Source of the DNA: Felis catus
Taxonomy: Eukaryota
DNA: 64,000 nt
Reading direction: 5' to 3'
Assembly (NCBI RefSeq): GCF_018350175.1
Contig: NC_058368.1
Coordinates: forward strand, 74,712,001-74,776,000
Positions 24,410 to 37,476 of this stretch are shown here, piece after piece. The position numbers were made by a program, and so were the translations under genes. Every line of letters starts with the position of its first letter. The stretch's first letter is position 1. The notes under the pieces were generated by a model. That model was not told the origin of the DNA. It was given only the letters and a program-made list of their open reading frames with translations, and searched no databases.

Positions 24410-24622
24410 CTTTTTTTTTAAAGTTTATTTATTTTTGGGACAGAGAGAGACAGAGCATGAATGGGGGAGGGTCAGAGAGAGAGGGAGACACAGAATCGGA
24501 AACAGGCTCCAGGCTCTGAGCTGTCAGCACACAGCCCGACACGGGGCTCGAACTCACGGACTGCGAGATCATGACCTGAGCCGAAGTCGGCCGCTTAACC
24601 GACTGAGCCACCCAGGAGCCCC
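24410..24622 (-). mobile_element. Felid SINE inserted in the tail of the preceding SINE
   Basis: TSD aataaacgtattct. Confidence 0.95.
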
Positions 24623-25378
24623 AATAAACGTATTCTAAAATTAAAAAAAAAAATGCGTCGCACTGATTTTCTAAGATCGCCTTACTTGGACATATTTTAA
24701 AGTCTCTTTGGAGGCACATGATTCATTATGTTTGGGAAGGAAACACTTGTGCCTCCCCCAAAGGAAAAAGGAGAGAAAAGTTCTAAAGGTTTCTAAAAAA
24801 GACACTCCAACTCACCATGTTGAGGTTCATGGGACCATGAACCTCTTCAGCACAAAAGGAAAGAAAGCACAGAAAAGCCACAAGAGCCCAAGCATTTTAG
24901 CTAACAAAATCCCATCAGTGTTTTTTGAAAAGTGTGCGATGCCTGACCAAAGAGAATGAGTAAGTCAATTAGGAAATACAAAATATTAAATTAATGGTCT
25001 TACTAAATGTCTACGGATTGCAACCAGACTCTTGGTGCTGGCTTTCTCAAATTTCAAAAGTTCCCTCTTTAGAAAAGATCCATGCTGGTAGTCTTGAAAT
25101 ATGATGGTTATTTTTCCTTCCCTTCTTTGTATTTCTCTGCCTCGACTCTAAACACTTCTCTTATCACCTTTGTTTTCCACGGAAAGAATGGTAAGTGGCT
25201 TTATTTTACTTCATCTCTAAACCCAAATCTTTGAAACACTGCCTGAGACAGGGTCTAATGTCACAGTGACAGCTTTTATGCGAGGGTTACGCATTATCAT
25301 TTTCTACCTCATTTCCTCCTCCAGGACACCTTGACATTAGAAACTGACTTCGCCCAGCGAGTTAATTCATTTAAGTAC

Positions 25379-25618
25379 TTGGCAGGCCATAGACAATTGA
25401 CTCTTCTTGGAAGGCCCATTAGCAAGGAGAGGAGTTCTAAATCAGACTTTCTATGGAGACCACACTGAAGTTAGTTTATAACTCAAGATGCTGAAGGTAC
25501 ATATCTGTCCCTCAAATGTCCCACGTAAGAATCAGCTCAACTTTGAGAGGCTATGGGACTTTCTGAGTCTTCACTGAGTACTTGTTCACAGACGTAAGCA
25601 AGACGCAGTACCACAAAT
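25379..25618 (-). pseudogene. Fossil FN3-like exon
   Basis: cttttacag acceptor, 240 bp in phase 1-1 with 5 stops: VELILTWD..NFSVVSIE..ESIVYGLP (FN3 B, C and E strands). Confidence 0.45.
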
Positions 25619-25639
25619 CTGTAAAAGCAAAATGTTGAA

Positions 25640-27030
25640 ATGAGACAAACCTAGCTTGGGTTCTTGATTCCATCATGAAACTGATACATTATTTTGAGCA
25701 AAGTTCACAGTAGCTTCTAGCTTGGCTCCTTCCACTGTAAAGTATGCCTCATCCTTCAACAAGCTTTTAGAAGTAGGAGAGGAGTCCACGTATGGGATGT
25801 GTTAGTGAAATGTTCGACAGTAAGAAATTAAACCGTAGCATCTACTCATATTTTCACTACAATCCCATCTACCCTTGGGAAAATCACCCAATTCATCTGT
25901 TTCAGTTCCTCATCTGCAAAATGGAACCACAACAGGTTCATAAATTGTGGATATGTGGGAATGTCAAGATTAAGTGATGCTGTGCTTATATTTCCTAACC
26001 CTCAGGGATATGTATATTTAAATATGGAGAAGGGCACAAGATCTCCGCAGTTAAAGAAAAAGATCTGAAGATTTCTGAATAATGACCATTATACTAGTGG
26101 CCAATGACCCAGATAATGTATTAGTCCAGGTTTGGAAAAAAAGTAACGGACTTGGCTTCAAACTTCAGCTCTGTTGTTTGTTTGCTATATGCCCCTGAGT
26201 AAAACACTTAACCTCTCGATGCCTCAGTTTTCTCATCTTGAAATGGGGAAAAAAATTACTTTTCCACAGAAAATCTGGGGATTAATGACAGCGCTCATAA
26301 GGCATTTGTCATAGAACCCAACAAGTACGTCTAGGAAGGGCATAGATAATAATAGCTGTAACCTGTTGAACATACATATTTCTCAGATACTATACTAACT
26401 GCTCTACGTGAATGAAAGCATCTAATCTTACCCATGATATGGTATTATATTAGCCCTATTGTATATATGAGAAAACAGAGACCCAAAAAGGTTTGCTTTC
26501 TTGCCTAGGGCCACAGACCAACTGAGTACTTGCACAGAGATTAAGTAGGTACCGGCCTTTAAAGAAGATATTGTTATAGTACTCCCACGGTAATATGATA
26601 ACCTCCAGACAGATTGGGAGGGCTTTAGAATCTGTGGTATATTTGAAAGATCGAATGGATCTTTCTGGCGGCAATCATGTCTGGTTGCCACCTTGTTCTT
26701 GCCGCTAGTGACTTAGCCAATTGCTACTTACCCTTTTATTTACTCTTGAAACATAAGTGATGAATAACGAATGGGGTTAGCAGTGACTGTTTGTTGACTC
26801 TTCATGTGCTGGAAGATTTCCACGCCCGCATTGTCTCTATTCTTGACAATGTCCTTACTAGTTACTGTAATGTTCCCTGTCTTTTAGATAGTGATAATCA
26901 GAGTCAATGAAGACATGTGTGTGTGTGCATGTGTGTGTGTTTCCCCCAGATATATGTATCAAGAAATCTGAGGAGGTATGCATACAACTGAGGTCTCTCT
27001 GCCTGTAAAACCTAAATTTGTTCTACCACA
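25640..27030. mobile_element. Cluster of MIR relics in both orientations
   Basis: tcagttcctcatctgcaaaatgg (about 25905), cctcagttttctcatct (about 26225), gaaaacagagaccca (about 26475). Confidence 0.65.
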
Positions 27031-27304
27031 ATGTTTCCTTTTTGAAAGATCTCATAGACATCTACGGACACTAGAACCTTCAGAGAGCCCACAGTACAAC
27101 AATGAAATTGCAGTAAGAAATATATAAAAGTTATAGAAGATTTGGTTTATGCCCACAGGACATTAATGATTCTTTAAAAAAAAACAGTTATAAATAAGCA
27201 ACTCTTTACTGCCACTTGTGATATTTATGTAACAATTGCCAATGTATCATAGTATCTATTACTATGTGTATTAAGCAACAATTTATTACATACATTTCTG
27301 TATT

Positions 27305-27490
27305 CTTTTTAATTTTTTTTTTCTTAATCTGAGGGGGTGGGGAGGGGCAGAGGGAAAGAGAGAGAATCCCAAGCAGACTCCATGCTCGGCATGGAGCCCA
27401 ACAAGGAGCTCTATCCACAACCCTGGGATCGTGACCTGAGCCGAAATCAAGAGTCAGACGCTCAACCTACTGAGCCAACCAGGTGCACCA
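27305..27490 (-). mobile_element. Older CanSINE
   Basis: TSD acatttctgtattct. Confidence 0.9.
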
Positions 27491-27831
27491 ACATTTCTGT
27501 ATTCTATGTCACATGTAAAATATAAGAATAAACTTTACCTTCACATTGTAGTTGCAAAGAGGGTCATTTTTATAAGTTACGGAAAACAAAGGAATAGTAT
27601 TATTCATGGATAAAAGAAAGGAAGTGAACGGGGAAAATGAGACAAGGGATAAATAGCCTGATGGGAAAACAAGAGGGAAGCAGAACACTGTTTCCCAAAA
27701 GCAAACAGAAATATGTTTCTGAAATGAGGGAGCAGCCAAAACAATAAAAACCTTGAGAGTGGTTGTGTGAGATGATGTCAGTTGGTCTCAAGAGATTTAC
27801 CAAGTGGCAACTGGTGACCTTGACTGTAAAG

Positions 27832-27840
27832 TTTTCTTTT

Positions 27841-27897
<57 letters not shown>

Positions 27898-28119
27898 TTT
27901 CTTTCAATTTTTTTGACCTTTATTTACTTTTTTGAGATTGAGAGAGACAGAGCATGAACGGGGGAGAGTCAGAGAGAGAGGGAGACACAGAATCTGAAAC
28001 AGGCTCCAGGCTCTGAGCTGTCGGCACAGAGCCCGACGCGGGGCTCAAACTCACAGACTATGAGATCACGACCTGAGCCGAAGTCAGACGCTCAACCGAC
28101 TGAACCACCCAGATGCCCC
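27832..28119 (-). mobile_element. Felid SINE with (TTTC)n tail expansion
   Basis: TSD ttgact.ta.agttt. Confidence 0.93.
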
Positions 28120-28167
28120 TTGACTATAGAGTTTCAAGAGAGTACTAAACTAGAATTAATTATCAAT

Positions 28168-28285
28168 GGGGGCAGCTGGCTGGCGTAGTGGGAAGAAGAG
28201 TCCGTGACTCTTGGTATCGGGGTCATAGGTTCGAGCCCCACATTGGGTGTTGAGATTACTTAAATAAATAAAACTTAAAAAAAAC
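28168..28285 (+). mobile_element. Short tRNA-like carnivore SINE / tRNA retrocopy
   Basis: B box ggttcgagcccc, A tail, TSD agaattaatta.caatg; no CT tract. Confidence 0.75.
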
Positions 28286-28983
28286 AGAATTAATTAACAA
28301 TGAATGGAATGCAAGAAAGTGGAACAGCCTAGTAGAAACTCTGTCAGGAATATTTTTGTTTTCCTGTGATGAGGAGCAAAGAAATGTGGCAGTAGGTGGA
28401 GGAAGAAATGGGGTCAACAATGGACTGCCGAGTTTTCTCAGTGGTAGTATGCATTTTGTCTCATTGTAAGAGAAAAAAAATACCCAAATGGTGTTTTTTT
28501 AAGAATTTTATTCTATTAATTGACTCCTACAGTGGAATGGCCTAACCCTTTGAAAGTATCGGCTCATGAGCCATACCCTAGTTTATTGAATTAATAGAAG
28601 CTCAGAAACCTGTCTTTTTAGGAAGCACCTCTGGAGAAACACATGAACATGACAGTTTAGGAATCACTCACTTCAGTGGCATAAGCATCTCTATTAAAGG
28701 TGACAAATGCATAGGCTGAACGGCGTATTTTCTATCTCGAAATTATTTGAAAGTCCTAATCGTCGATTTATTCTTACTGTATATCTGTTCTGTAGGCTTT
28801 TGAAGGTCATATGGGGAATTCAGGCAGGTCTCGAGTGCTAAGTATGTTGCTTTACAATCTTTTTCACTAATTCTCCCAACTTAGCACCACGTGGACAGAG
28901 ATGGCTCGTACGGTGGGATCTATTTCTCATTACTGAGTGGGTTCTTCCACTTAGGGAAGTTCCCAGAGGAATCGGTCCATTTT

Positions 28984-29131
28984 CCTGTTTATTCTAGACA
29001 AGAAAAATCTCCCTCGGGAATATACTTTGCTTCCTGTATTTACTACACTCATGGACTGTGGGTATAGCAACAAGTGCTATTGTATACATTCCTGTCCCCA
29101 GATGTGTGTATGTCTCCTTGCCTTTGCATTT
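28984..29131 (-). pseudogene. Fossil FN3 second-half exon
   Basis: catttctcag acceptor; after a frameshift GTGMYTIALVAIP (F strand); donor decayed. Confidence 0.45.
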
Positions 29132-29494
29132 CTGAGAAATGACACACTTTTTTCACAGGTGCCCTAACTTTGTAATCCTCTGGGTTTTGAGTTCTCTGCC
29201 AAGCACTTCCCCACGACCTCTTATTATTTTTATTACCTGGCAAAGTCTTTTTGGTTTGTGTACCGCGAATAAGAAAGGGGTAATCACGGTGTTTGTGAAT
29301 CTAAATTCCATCTTTTTCTGCACAAATCTGATCTTGTTACTTAACTTTCATAAGCTGTAGTGTTCTCTTCTGTAAAATGGAATCAATGACAGCTGTCTAA
29401 TAATGTTAAGAGGCAATGCATTGCAATGCGTAATGCCATCTGGGAGGAAACAGTATGCAATGAACAGTCTTAGTTCTCTTCTTATCCAAACTAC

Positions 29495-29617
29495 CAGAGT
29501 GAGGGGGGGAAATACTGATATGATCCTTGATTACTGTGTCTCTTGCTTAATATCTCTGAGAATCTACATTGATGGAATTGTTACAAAGATTTTGTTTTCC
29601 TGGAAGTTTATAATTTC
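29495..29617 (-). pseudogene. Fossil FN3 first-half exon
   Basis: 123 bp, phase 1-1, one stop: NYKLPGKQNLCNNSINVDSQRY*ARDTVIKDHISISP. Confidence 0.45.
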
Positions 29618-30367
29618 CTATAAGCTCAATGCCAGGAAATTAATTAAAGCAGCACTAATCTTTTACAGTGAGACAAAAAAAAAATCCTGTTAATCTTAGG
29701 CTAATTACATACAATAATTTTGAGAATTTGCTCACTGCCCTGAGTGTTTTCTGTTTCCTGAATGTAAGCAAAAGTTTAGCCGCTGAATTTAATGACTGTT
29801 GATACTATTTCATCCTTTATCTCAAATTAAAATAACTATGGAAGAATGAATTGTGAACAGAGACTATCATATGAATGCAAAAATATACTCTTGTAAGTAA
29901 TAATAGACAACACCACGCACAAGCATCATATTAGTTTCCACTAATATTTTTTTAAAAGCTTCAGACTTTCAAAGAGAAAGGGGGGATTTCAGATTGATAA
30001 GTACAAGGATTTAAACTTAAATAATAGCAGGTAACATATATGAAGTTTCTTTTAACACAGATTTTTCATATCTTATTCTGTAACAATGCCCAGCTTATTT
30101 CTTTAAAGAATTAACGGATATGTAGAGTTGAGCGGAAGGTAACGATACATCCAAAAACGCTGGACTATACCTTAACTAGGCCCTTGAAGAAAATGCGTAT
30201 TTTGGAGACTTGCACCCTCAGAGCTTGTTCAGGTAATACCAGGCAGAATGTTTCCACCTGAATCTTGTAACGCTAGGATTTTGTCTGATTCACGTGGATT
30301 AAATAGCGTCTCACAATTGGGTTCTTACGCATTTGTGAACCACAAAATTGAACAGAAAAATAGTTAC

Positions 30368-30469
30368 CTTCAAAAACCAGTGAAAGGTTTTGAAAACCAG
30401 GTAAAATCTCACTTGGAAGCACAGTGTGGTCTAGAACCCTCCATCTCTCCCCTGGTTGCCATTCGTTTA
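30368..30469 (-). pseudogene. Fossil FN3 second-half exon (open)
   Basis: ggttttcag / GAAG|gtaact, 102 bp, phase 1-1: NEWQPGERWRVLDHTV (L.PG..Y.V). Confidence 0.6.
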
Positions 30470-30834
30470 CTGAAAACCAAAGCAATGGTACCTGCGCGAC
30501 CAGCACTCTAGGTCAGTGGTGGCCCTTACACATCACGACCTCATAATTAGAAACACGGTCTAAATGTGTGCTTCTGTAAAGAACAAGCACGTAACTCTCA
30601 GAGATGTTTACATTTGCAGGTCTCTTAACTACGTCATAATTTACTCCGTGAGCTATGGTGCATACATAATTTTAGCGTTTTTTTATTTTTTGGACAAAAT
30701 GCCAAATAACAAATAGCGCGACGGGGCATTATCAAGGTAACGGAGAACCCGATTTGAGATTTATTCTTCATTTTTCCACCTGTCAACTCAAATAGCACAG
30801 TTTTTTTTTTTTTTCTGCTGTAAAAAATCCTTAC

Positions 30835-31003
30835 CTGGGAATCTTTGTCTTGTTATTAATATTAAGCATTAGTGTCTCGATTACCCTCTAAGCTTCCAAA
30901 CTGCCTGAATTCAGAGGCTGTATTGTATGCCTCTCTGTACTTCACCTTGACATGAGAATTGCCTTCAATTTTGTAAAGGTCAACAATTTGCCAGGAACTG
31001 AAT
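30835..31003 (-). pseudogene. Fossil FN3 exon
   Basis: ccacag / CAG|gtaagg; phase-2 entry matches the 31427 exon: FSSWQ..HVKVKYREAYNTASEFRQF; frameshift near the end. Confidence 0.6.
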
Positions 31004-31426
31004 CTGTGGTTGAGGGCATATGTAAAAACACCTGGGAGCCCATGCATCGCTCTGAGTGCACTTTGGATGGAAAGCGTTCTTCCTTCCATTAAAGTCCTCA
31101 ACGCCGAGGGGCCTTTTCCCTTTTCCTGTTTATTTCCTACTATACCTCTTTATTGCCCCTTTGATATTTCTTTAATTTGGCACAGATAACAGTTTGTGGA
31201 GATCCAGAATAGAGTTCGCCCCTTCGCGGCATTAATTTTTAGGTTTGTTTGGGTTGGGAATGTGTTTGTTGCTTCAATTCGGTCTTGTAGTCTGTACCTA
31301 GGCAGCATAACATATGCACCGTAATGGAGTGTGTCGGGTATGAAGAGTCAAGCCATTAGGCAGTGCATTAAGCAAAGCCTCTCCAGCTAGTGCGCTGAGC
31401 CTGGCTAGATCTTAGAGAGGCCAGAC

Positions 31427-31607
31427 CTATGCACACAGAGCCCTTGAGATGCATTTTCTTGCACTCTCTTTGTTTGTATTCTCTGATGTTTGCAGATGCG
31501 ATGTGAGTCTTTTGATTGATTCCATTTGGTTGGTTCAATGAGCATGCCCAATGGGCTTTGTTCCCCATGAGTTGAGACAGCGAAGAACGATAATGAAATG
31601 TTTCCAC
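31427..31607 (-). pseudogene. Fossil FN3 exon (open)
   Basis: tatgcgcag acceptor; GNISLSFFAVSTHGEQSPLG (Y.F.V.AV...G.S.P) through GLCVHR. Confidence 0.6.
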
Positions 31608-32784
31608 CTGCGCATAAAGATCTTATCATACACTACAGCAAACTGTATCACATTCAATGCTGATGGATTTGCTGAGACTGTTAACCATTAACAAAATGCT
31701 CTTTTAATGGGCCTGCAAAATCCATAAACATCAAACACCCATAGTCCAATATGTCTAAATGATCTTTCCTCCACCCAAAAAACTCAAGCTTTCAAATCGT
31801 GCCTTAAATTAGGTGGGTGCATCAAATATGAATACTTTTGATTAATAATCATCTGAACAACTGCCTTGTTTCAGCATGTAATTTTTTATGTCGGATGACC
31901 TGTGAAGTCCATTTCACATTTCAAAAGACTGACCCGGCTACCGCTCCCTTTTGAATTTTGACTTAAAGATAGATTGAAACAATTTGTACCTTTATTTGCA
32001 TTCTTATTTGCTTATTCCCAGAGATTTCTCTATAGTTTAAATTACAAGTAGGCTACACACAGAATTCCACCCCATCAAATTGATTTGCTTATTATAATCT
32101 TTCTCCTCTAACAACCTGTTTCTCAGTTACCTTAACGTCTCAATTATGTTGCTACTTTATCGAAAACCATTTCTTTAAGGCTGTTAGTTACTTTTCCTGG
32201 TGTGATTTCTTTTTCTAAAAATCTGTTGAATAAACTTCCCTTAACCTACTTTCCAGTAACTTACTATTAGGCTGTCCCTAATGATCACATAATTGTTTTC
32301 TTTCTGTAGAAATTAATTTCATAAAGTCTCCTTTTTAGCATTAGCAGAATGGATAGGGACAAGTATATCAGAATTGTCACATTTTATAGAAATTATAATT
32401 GTCATAATTAATAGAAATATTATGATATTTATGGAAAAAGTTTTCAGTACATGGTGACACTTCACCAAAGAGGAAATAAGTACATAGACTAGTGCCCACG
32501 TATACTAAGTTATAGTGAGAGAATATGAATGGCCAAAACAGCTCACCATTTTGTGCTTATAAGTTTTTAGAAATTATATAAAATATTTACAGTTCTCACA
32601 ACTGAGACGCTGCCGGTAGAAATAAGAAACATGAGGGCACAGACTTTTTAGAAATCGATTTGATCAAACTTTTGAAAAGTCTCAGATTATTCATATCTGA
32701 GAATTATATCAATGCCCTTAGGGATTGCAATATTTATAGGCAGTCATTTGAAGAGTGACTGAAGCTAGTAACGTTAGAAAACTT

Positions 32785-33245
32785 GTGGATGCCCGGGTGG
32801 CTCAGTCAGCTAAGCGTCCAACTCCTGGTTTTGGCTCGGGTCATGATCTCATGGTTTGTAGGATCGAGGTCCGAGTCAAGCTCTGTACTGGCAGCACAGA
32901 GCCTGCTTGGGATTCTCTCTCTCTCCCTCTGTCTCTGCCCCTCCCCCACTCTTGCTATCTCTGTCTCTCTCAAATCAAAATAAATAAATAAACTTAAAAA
33001 TTAAAAAAAGGGGCGCCTGGGTGGCTCAGTCGGTTAAGCGGCCGACTTCAGCTCAGGTCATGATCTCGCGGTTCGGGAGTTCGAGCCCCGCGTCAGGCTC
33101 TGTGCTGATAGCTCAGAGCCTGGAGCCTGTTTCAGATTCTGTGTCTCCCTCTCTCTGACCCTCCCCCGTTCATGCTCTGTCTCTCTCTGTCTCAAAAACA
33201 AAAACAAAATTTAAAAAAAATTTAAAAAAAAGTTAAAAAAGAAAG
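32785..33245 (+). mobile_element. Two tandem CanSINEs (second starts about 33010 in the tail of the first)
   Basis: Two heads and two tails. Confidence 0.94.
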
Positions 33246-33376
33246 AAAACTTAAGAAAGGCCTAACAAAAATGCCAAGACTCAAGAGGACATGTAGAACC
33301 TATTGGGATGCAATCCGGTGTTGTTAAGAGACCAGCCTCCTGTGTGGTCTGTTTAGATGTCAATGTCAACACTTAC

Positions 33377-33478
33377 CAATTGCATTGCCTAAAGCGCAGT
33401 ACTTAGTACCCCTGGCTAGGTGCGGCCGCTGGACCCATCCAAGCCTGCAACACCTAAGACCCTCCAAATTTCACAATC
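33377..33478 (-). pseudogene. Candidate fossil FN3 exon
   Basis: Consensus gtaagt donor and cccccag acceptor; reading frame ambiguous. Confidence 0.35.
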
Positions 33479-33887
33479 CTGGGGGACGGGTTTAATTTGG
33501 GCAACTAGGTTATTTATTCCTGGTGCTTCGGAGGTCATTCATGGTGGGATTCCAGCATGCTGACCTAGACCCTCTAAAACCTCACATCAGAAATCATATT
33601 ACATGGCATCTGTAGGGTGATACTGACTTCTCCATCTCACTGCTAATTTGTTCCATGCAGAAAACAAACACACCTGGCATAACATTCATGGTCTGTTTAT
33701 CCCAGGTGATTTCCAAAGAGTTACGTAAAATTTAAGAATGTACCTTTTCCTTCTTACATCTCCAGGAGAAATGATGAAAATACTCAGACAAGAGTTCATG
33801 ACAGTTGTTGGGGTTTCACCCCGCACCAGGTTAACAGAGTTAAATACTAGTTTTTACATCGCCTAAGACCAATACAATTACTTTATC

Positions 33888-33939
33888 TAAGTGTTTCAAG
33901 ATAAGTGTTTAAGATAAAGTGTTTAAGTGTTTAAGATAA
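33888..33939. repeat. Short tandem repeat of aagtgtttaagat (about 4 imperfect copies)
   Basis: Direct reading. Confidence 0.75.
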
Positions 33940-34799
33940 AATTTGCTTTTCTTTGAATATTTTGTCTTTACCCAGATACCCATTTTAATTTTTCTTCTTT
34001 ATAGATCTACTTAATATTATTTGGAAAAAAAATGGTGAAAATACTGTCAAATACAGGTCAAAATTATATTTGTTCTGAATATATCGGAGCTCACAAAGTC
34101 AGTTATTACAGATAGTACATTAATATATTTCCCTTAAATTAGCTAAAATCCCCCCCAAATCCTTGTCTCTATGCCCTTTACCAATGTTCATATCACTAAT
34201 CCACTATGGGATGGGATATAGGGCCATAAGGAGGAACACAGGTTTCACATGCACTTTGTAATGGGGCCTGTCTACGCTTGCCCCTTTCCCTTGGCGGTGG
34301 GAACATACCTGGGCAAATTTGCTGCCAGATAAAACATGAGGACCAAAGTCAAGGCTTCAGTCCATTTTGGCTCGGATGACACAGAGCACAGGGAGTGATT
34401 GCACCAAGACCAAAAGACCAACTTTGCTAAGCCTGGCCTAGATCATTCGTTCATAGAATTGTGACCTAAGAAAACACTGGTTGCTAATTCAATGATTTGG
34501 TGGCTTCATCGATGCCTGATACAGAAACAAACAGAGAACATTTTGCACGCACGAAATAAAATAAACCTTCCAAAAAATGCCACGGCTGTGGAAATCAAGG
34601 AAAGCGTACATTATTTTGTAGGAAAAGTGCCAAGGCTAAGTTCCGATCAATGACAGTCCAGTTCTGACCTATGGCAGTGCCGCTCGTGGTTTTAAAGTTA
34701 CACATAGGATATGCTCGCATCACTCTGTACTTTAGATGCCATAGACATAAAGATTTTGCAAGTACGTGAGTACGTGTGCGTGCGTGCACTCGTGTGAAT

Positions 34800-36112
34800 A
34801 CAGTCAGTCCTCGTTATTTGTAGACTCTGGTGAATTTGCCTATTCGCTGAAACTTATTTGTAACCTTAAATCAGTGCTTTCACGGCTTTCGTGGTCATTC
34901 ACAAACGTGTCAAGTGGTAAAAAAAAAAAAAATTAAATTGTTGGAGAAGCATGGTCCTGGCTGAGGCGGAGCAAGGCGTCAGCACTCTGCCTTCCTGTCT
35001 CAGCTTTCATATTGCAAACCAGTTGTCTTTTTAAGATCTATTTACCGTCACTTCTTTTTTGTTTTTGCATTTCGGTGCTTTATGTTAGTGAATTTGCTGC
35101 TTACAAAGGCTCCCGAGCAAAGTGCTAACATGCTTTGTAGTACTCTTTTTTTTTTTAAGTTTTTAAATGTTATTTATTTCTGAGAGAGAGAGACAGAGAC
35201 AGAGAATGAGCAGGGGAGGAGCAGAGAGAGAGGTAGACACAGAAAGCAAAGCAGGCTCCAAGCTCTGAGCTGTCAGCACAGACCCGTATGCAGGGGCTCA
35301 AATTCACAAACCATGAGATCATGACCTGAGCCGAAGACCGAGGCTCAACCAACTGAGCCACCCAGGCGCCCCTGCGTTCTAGTATTCTTAAGCATAAGAA
35401 GGCTGGGATGTGACTTATGGAGAAAATATAGGAGTGAGATAATCTCCGTTCATGTGTGCAGTTCTCGTACTCCTGGCCATCAGTTCAACGCTGACGGATC
35501 AACAACACGGTGTGTTCAAAAACGGAAGAGGAAATTTGCCGGTCTTCACCTGTGGCTGCTCTGGAAAGTGCCAAAGGCACTTCTCCAACGAGTGTTAAAA
35601 GCGTGAGAAAGATAGGAACTGCAGCTAACTGGGTGGATTCATGAGCTATCAGCTGATAAAAAAATGAACGATAGTGGGCATCATCATTGTGGGGCTGAAA
35701 GCCACAGAAATCTACACATTACCCAGAGTCAGATAAATGTTAAGCTCGGCTAATGCCAGCTAGCTCCCACATGTCATAAGGTGGTACGGACGTTATCTTT
35801 GCAGGAGAGGCAGGGTTCTGCGGATCGGGAGGATATGGAAGGATTTTTTAGATTCCTGATAAGTGCTATACAAGAAAGGGTTATGTGTCAGAGCAGGTTT
35901 TCTACACTGATAACAGTTACTATTTTTCTCTTTTTAACAAGGACATTGGCAAACAACCCTATATAACAAAAATGATGTGGCACTTGGTGAAAACATACCC
36001 AGGGAATCGCGGGAATCTAGATTTCCCCTAGGAGCCACAGCCTAGTACTTGCTAATTTAGTGTTACAGCAACTTCATAGAGCATTATTATCATAGGCAAT
36101 GAGAATCAGCTC
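34800..36112. mobile_element. TcMar-Tigger element (Tigger6/MER82-like)
   Basis: Left end tacagtcagtcctcgttatt, right end aatgagaatcagct (degenerate TIRs), internal cccctaggagc. Confidence 0.65.
35146..35372 (-). mobile_element. CanSINE inserted in the Tigger element
   Basis: Degenerate TSD tgc.tt.tagta.tct. Confidence 0.93.
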
Positions 36113-36291
36113 TTTGTGAGTGTGTGTGTGTTTTAAGGAACATGTTCACAGCACGGAAGTTAAATGTTGTGTTCCTTCCCTTCTCATACCCATCTCAAAC
36201 CCAGTACTCATTTATGGCAGGTAAATGTAAAATCATAACTACCTCATTTTAGCTCTCAGGGTAGTTGTGCTTGGGCCTTGGAAAAACACTG

Positions 36292-36372
36292 TGTATCTAT
36301 CTGTTTATCATTCTATGTGCCTATTATCTATCTATCTCTCTCTCTATCTATCATCTATCTATCTATCTATCC
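36292..36372. repeat. Imperfect (TATC)n
   Basis: Direct reading. Confidence 0.8.
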
Positions 36373-36835
36373 AGACATAGATGTAAACTTTTAACATAAG
36401 TCACTCTTTTTTCATTTACATTATAATTGTATCATTTTATGATATATGTGAAGTTGGTTATATTAAATACGAGGATTAAATATAAGACTTCCAGGACGGT
36501 AAAGGGAACATTACAAAAAAAAAAAAAAAACAATTCGGGTCCAGTAAGATTAAATGCTGCTAAGGTATATTACTTACACATTGAAGAGGGGTCAGAAGGT
36601 CTCTAAATTATAATTCAGAATTTCAAATATAATTCTAATGAGACAAGTAGACGAGCAGAGGAAGATGATTTAATAAACGATGATGTGAAAACTGTTAATC
36701 ATTTGGAAACAACACATTTAGATTCCTAATGCAAACCTTACATCAAATAAATTCCACATGAAATTGATTGCCTGTAAACTCGGAAATAATCAAGTATGCT
36801 AGAGAGTAAAAATATTTTTTAAATGACACAACATT

Positions 36836-37052
36836 TGGGGTGCCCGGTTGGTTCAGTTTGGTTAAGCATTTGGCACACGTGTCTTCAGCTCAGGTCATGA
36901 CATCACCGTTCAGGAGATGGAACCTCATATTCGGCTTCACGCTAACAGCATGGAGCCTACTTGGGATTTTGTCTCCCCCTCTCTCTGTTCCTCCCCCACT
37001 CATGCTCCCATGCCCATGCTCTCTCTTCCTCAGAATAAATAAACTTTTAAAA
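36836..37052 (+). mobile_element. Diverged CanSINE
   Basis: Head, CT tract, aataaataaa. Confidence 0.88.
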
Positions 37053-37247
37053 AAGGACAAAACTTACATACTACAGAAACTCTAAAAGAGAACTCTTGAC
37101 TATACAAAGTTTAAAGCTGGGGGAAAGAAACCACCTTAAACAAAGCTGAAAGATACAATGGGAAGTGATAAGGCTTTTGGGATTAGATGAGGAGGGAGTG
37201 GGTAGAAGGCTTAGGATCAATAATGGCAAGTCAGGAAAAGGCTTGTT

Positions 37248-37476
37248 CTTTTTTTTTTTTAATTTTTTTTTTAACGTTTTTATTTATTTTTGGGACAGAG
37301 AGAGACAGAGCATGAACGGGGGAGGGGCAGAGAGAGAGAGAGACACAGAATCGGAAACAGGCTCCAGGCTCCGAGCCATCAGCCCAGAGCCTGACGCGGG
37401 GCTCGAACTCACGGACCGGGAGATGGTGACCTGGCTGAAGTCGGACACTTAACCGACTGCACCACCCAGGCGCCCC
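37248..37476 (-). mobile_element. Young felid SINE
   Basis: TSD aggaaaag..ttgttctt. Confidence 0.96.

Noticed and set aside
26428..26691. ORF with FN3-looking TITISSLKAGTYLISVQ
   Set aside because: The motif comes largely from the reverse strand of a MIR (about 26430-26563) and lacks fitting splice sites.
28168..28250. Possible tRNA gene
   Set aside because: Diverged stems, A tail and TSD indicate a retroposed copy.
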